A DNA stretch of 64,000 nt. It comes from Promethearchaeota archaeon. GTDB lineage: Archaea; Asgardarchaeota; Lokiarchaeia; Sigyniarchaeales; SOKP01. Each line of letters begins with the position of its first letter. Within the stretch, counting starts at the first letter, position 1. The stretch spans positions 1 through 64,000 of the forward strand of contig JBHLLT010000006.1 of the NCBI GenBank assembly GCA_048938855.1, given 5' to 3'. Position numbers and translations under genes: made by a program. This document shows, one piece after another, positions 60,654 through 64,000 of this stretch. The notes below the pieces were generated by a model. That model searched no databases. It saw nothing but the letters and a program-made list of their open reading frames with translations, and was not told where the DNA came from.

Positions 60654-62414
60654 CTATTCGCGATAGGTTGGATAAAAGTATAGATTTCTCATACTATTAT
60701 ATGGGAATCCTTTCAAGGTAGCTGCGTGTACAAAATAGAGTTTGTCATATTCTAAAGGCATATGATAAGCTTGTACGTCGATAATATAACCTTGAAGTTG
60801 TTCATATAAGGCATATCTCGTAGCAGTATCAGTTTCTGCAGCAGCCTTCGCTAGAAGATTCTGTAAATGATGATCATTAATTCTAGCAAAGTTAGAAGCG
60901 GAGGCATTGTTAACTAATGGATCAATCATGTTGAAGGTTTCAAAATAATCAGGACCCCATCCGACATAATAGATGTGAAGTCTTTCGGGATGAAGTTGAC
61001 CCAGCCTAATAAATTGATCCCAAGTTAATATTTGGGGTATAACATCGATTCCAATTAAATCCATATCCTCCGTGAACCGTTGGATAAGAAGTTCCATGAA
61101 GTGACTAGCTACATTGTGTCGGAAATTCCATTGATTGTTTGAGAAGTTTCCTGCACCAGCAGTTGGCACAAATTGCGCTGCTGTCCACTGAGCCTCATCA
61201 CCACCTGGAGTGAATACATCTCCCACTTGAGAGCCAACCTGCCAACCAACTCCAAAACCCATAGATTGCAATATCGTTCTGGCTTTTGGGATATCATAAC
61301 TGGCACCTGTGGTTGAATAATTATGCGCAGGAAAGCCAGGAGGAACTAATGAGTTAGCTTTCACAGTTCTATCTTGATCAATTTCTTGATTGAGATATGT
61401 ATAATTAAACGCGTTTGAAATTGCCTTTCTCCAGGTTCGGTTTATGACTTCAGAGTTAAATGCAATATACCAATAAATAGAACCATTAATATAATCATGA
61501 ACTCCATCTCCAGTTACCGTAATATCTGGATCTGCTACAAAATCAGGTTTGAGTGAAGCAATACCTTGACCTAGGTAATCAATATCCCCAGCCAACATTG
61601 CATTATTGGCAGTGACAGCATCTCTATAAAATACAAAAACAATCTGGTCCCAATAAGCACCAGTTCTCCAGTATCGCTCCCATCGGGCAAATCTAATCTC
61701 TGAATTAGGAATGTATCTCACTAATTTGAAAGGTCCAGTTCCAATAGCGAGATCTTGACCAAGACTTAGCATTCTATACTTTGGAGTAGATGTATGACCG
61801 ACAATTGAACTTGCTGTATAAGCTAATAAACCCTCGCAAGGGGCAAAGGCTCCGGTCAAATAGAGTCTGACTGTTAATGGATCAGATGCTTTATGTGCAT
61901 TCCACCAGACTCTGCTGGCTGCAGTATCAAAGATTGCTGTTCCATTACCAAATTTGTAAATTGAATGTGGAAAAGCCTGAGTTGTGTTATCGGGTAATGT
62001 TCCTGTCGAATTGCCAAAATAATTAATTCTTTCGAATGTAAAAATAACATCTTCTCCTGTTAGTTTTTGACCATCATGGAAATACACATCATCTCTTAAT
62101 TTAAACTCAACTATTGTTTCAGTAGGCCAACTCCATGATTCAGCAAGTCTAGGAATAATTGGGAAACTTGGGTCTGATAAATCAGTAGCAATTAGAGGTT
62201 CAACAACCTGATCAAGCATATTATTTGATACACTATCCCAAGTATCCAGAGGATCCATAGTGACAGGATTAGATGTTGTGGCAACTTTAAGGACTTCTCC
62301 TTGTACCGGAGGTGAAACAACGGTCAACATAGCTAAGATAACGTTTCCAACACCAGAAGCAGCTAAAACTACTGCTAGGATGATTATCGCTAAATTTTTT
62401 TTCTCCATTTCCAT
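60654..62414 (-). CDS. ABC transporter peptide-binding protein (OppA/DppA, family 5), N-terminally anchored
   Basis: 'PRLAESW', 'FKLRDDVYFHDG', 'GTGPFKL', 'GWGPDY'. Confidence 0.92.
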   Translation of the reverse strand: MEMEKKNLAIIILAVVLAASGVGNVILAMLTVVSPPVQGEVLKVATTSNPVTMDPLDTWDSVSNNMLDQVVEPLIATDLSDPSFPIIPRLAESWSWPTETIVEFKLRDDVYFHDGQKLTGEDVIFTFERINYFGNSTGTLPDNTTQAFPHSIYKFGNGTAIFDTAASRVWWNAHKASDPLTVRLYLTGAFAPCEGLLAYTASSIVGHTSTPKYRMLSLGQDLAIGTGPFKLVRYIPNSEIRFARWERYWRTGAYWDQIVFVFYRDAVTANNAMLAGDIDYLGQGIASLKPDFVADPDITVTGDGVHDYINGSIYWYIAFNSEVINRTWRKAISNAFNYTYLNQEIDQDRTVKANSLVPPGFPAHNYSTTGASYDIPKARTILQSMGFGVGWQVGSQVGDVFTPGGDEAQWTAAQFVPTAGAGNFSNNQWNFRHNVASHFMELLIQRFTEDMDLIGIDVIPQILTWDQFIRLGQLHPERLHIYYVGWGPDYFETFNMIDPLVNNASASNFARINDHHLQNLLAKAAAETDTATRYALYEQLQGYIIDVQAYHMPLEYDKLYFVHAATLKGFPYNSMRNLYFYPTYRE

Positions 62415-62725
62415 AGTTAAATCACATATTTTTCTTTGTTTTTTTCAAAATTTTTGATTTTTTAAAGAAATCTTTTTCAAGACTTACTTCATTTTTATCG
62501 ATAAATTATAGATTAATTAAAACACGCAAATCTCTTATTTAAATATTATTCTTAATATTTCCGGGTGAATACGCTTTCCCACATATCAAGATATTCTGAA
62601 ATGATTGATTTTTCCGAATTTTCAAAATATCAAAAAACAATTAAACTCTACTTTGTTATTTCTATGTTATAATTCTGTAGAACCCATCTTGACTTTAAAA
62701 TTGAGATATTTGGGAATGAGAGAAT

Positions 62726-62752
62726 TCTCCTAGAAGACATTCTTCTAGGAGA
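62726..62752. repeat. Perfect 12-bp inverted repeat with a 3-nt spacer
   Basis: TCTCCTAGAAGA-CAT-TCTTCTAGGAGA. Confidence 0.75.
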
Positions 62753-63308
62753 GGATCTTATATCTCTCAATACGAAAATGGAAAAGAAAAAAGAGAGAGA
62801 ATAAACATGTGGATATAAATTCAAACTTGTCAATACTGTAGTGTTTTTATTCATAATGTTAATGATCTATTTGGTTTTTTTATTCAAGATTATAATTTCT
62901 TCTGATTTCTAAGATTTTGACTTTTTAATATCCTTATTTATTAACTCTTTCTTTTTAATACACTTGATTGTTATTGTTTTTTTTAATAGTTTAAATTAGT
63001 TTTAATTATAAATTTCTTTAAAATTAAAACATGAAGATTTTTTATTTAAACCTTATTTGCAGTGTTTTCTTAAAATCTATTTTCCAAAAATTTCAAAATA
63101 TTAGAAAATGACTTATTTTTCTAAAACTTCAAGATATTAGAGAATAAGATCTATAACTTGAATTATCTGCTTATGTCTAAATATATTGACAAATATTATA
63201 TTAAAAAGCTAGAATTTAATTTGTTCAAATGTCAGCCAATAAATCTTAATAAAGTTGATATTAATTATTGAATTAATCTGATTATTAAATATTAAAAAAA
63301 GATCTAAA

Positions 63309-63623
63309 ATGAATCATTATATTTTCCTTGTAACTGTCTCGAATATAGAAGAAGGTAAGAAAATAGCTAAAGTTTTGGTTGAATGTAAACTCGCTGCATG
63401 TGTAAATATTATTCATAATATTTTATCGATATATAGATGGAAGGGAGAAATCGAGGAAAGTGAAGAGCATTTATTACTTATCAAAACTATTGAAAAAAAT
63501 AAGGAGCATATTATAAAGAAAATTAATGAATTCCACAGTTATGAAACACCAGAATGTATTGGATTTAAGATTGATATTGGTTCTGAAAAATATTTAAATT
63601 GGATCGACGAAGTTGTAGAATAA
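63309..63623 (+). CDS. cutA: Divalent-cation tolerance protein CutA
   Basis: LAACVNI, SIYRWKG, HSYETPE, YLNW. Confidence 0.95.
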   Translation: MNHYIFLVTVSNIEEGKKIAKVLVECKLAACVNIIHNILSIYRWKGEIEESEEHLLLIKTIEKNKEHIIKKINEFHSYETPECIGFKIDIGSEKYLNWIDEVVE

Positions 63624-64000
63624 AACTTAATTTGATCTTCTAATATCATGACATTTTTTCAAATAGACTGGATTACTATTGATATTATTATAATATTCCT
63701 ATTACTCCTTCTACTAATTGGTGTAAGAATTATTAAAATTACTCAGAGATGGCGCTATTCTTTTTCAAATGAAGCAATAGAATATACAAAATTTTCACCA
63801 TCACCAGAAAGGAGAAAAAATCAAATTATATTATCAAAAAAATCGAGCTTGACTAGAAATTCAATAATTAAAAATAGTCTCCATAAATCTCCTCTAATTC
63901 TAATCATTAGAACGAAAATCGTTAGCAAACTCTTAAAAATTATTACAGAGGGGTTAATTAGTTATGGTTTTGATGTTATAAATTTAAAAGTTAAACTTAT

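Noticed and set aside
62715-62756. SECIS-like element (ATGA...GA around the hairpin)
   Set aside because: ATGA and GA are out of register with the stem, and no in-frame TGA selenoprotein gene was found nearby
63640-64000. Hydrophobic then basic reading frame after cutA
   Set aside because: Interrupted by stops, with no clear start or family match
1-64000. CRISPR arrays, rRNA, transposases, integrases, proviral genes
   Set aside because: No regularly spaced repeats, rRNA-like sequence or mobile-element proteins seen, including next to the tRNAs

Overview
AT-rich archaeal chromosome segment, very probably from a Lokiarchaeia/Promethearchaeota (Asgard) genome. That call rests on four Rab-like small GTPases (one fused to a roadblock domain), a longin-domain protein, an IPGY-type C-terminal sorting signal and a Loki-type 'FWxHCSNLQAW' family protein. 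About 1-30 kb is accessory and metabolic: regulators, hydrolases, acetyltransferases, GGR, ilvE/panB/mfnA, a decayed pseudogene patch and class III RNR. About 30-60 kb is an information-processing core: NAC, PAN, MBF1, TFE, rpoB/rpoH, cbf5, thiL, PolD DP2/DP1, cdc6, carS, archease and rtcB. Three tRNA genes carry five introns of 28-30 nt, all at non-canonical positions. One is a triple-intron tRNA-Leu(GAG) whose first two introns are 21/30 identical, which suggests intron copying. Other highlights are a Rab GTPase with a long disordered tail and Zn ribbon, a GTPase-7TM gene pair, an NPRL2-like longin-wHTH protein with a probable ATT start, inverted mini-ORB-like boxes upstream of cdc6, and a duplicated promoter-like motif in front of a 23-codon ORF. 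No CRISPR, rRNA or intact mobile element was seen. All family calls come from motif recognition by eye, not from database searches.
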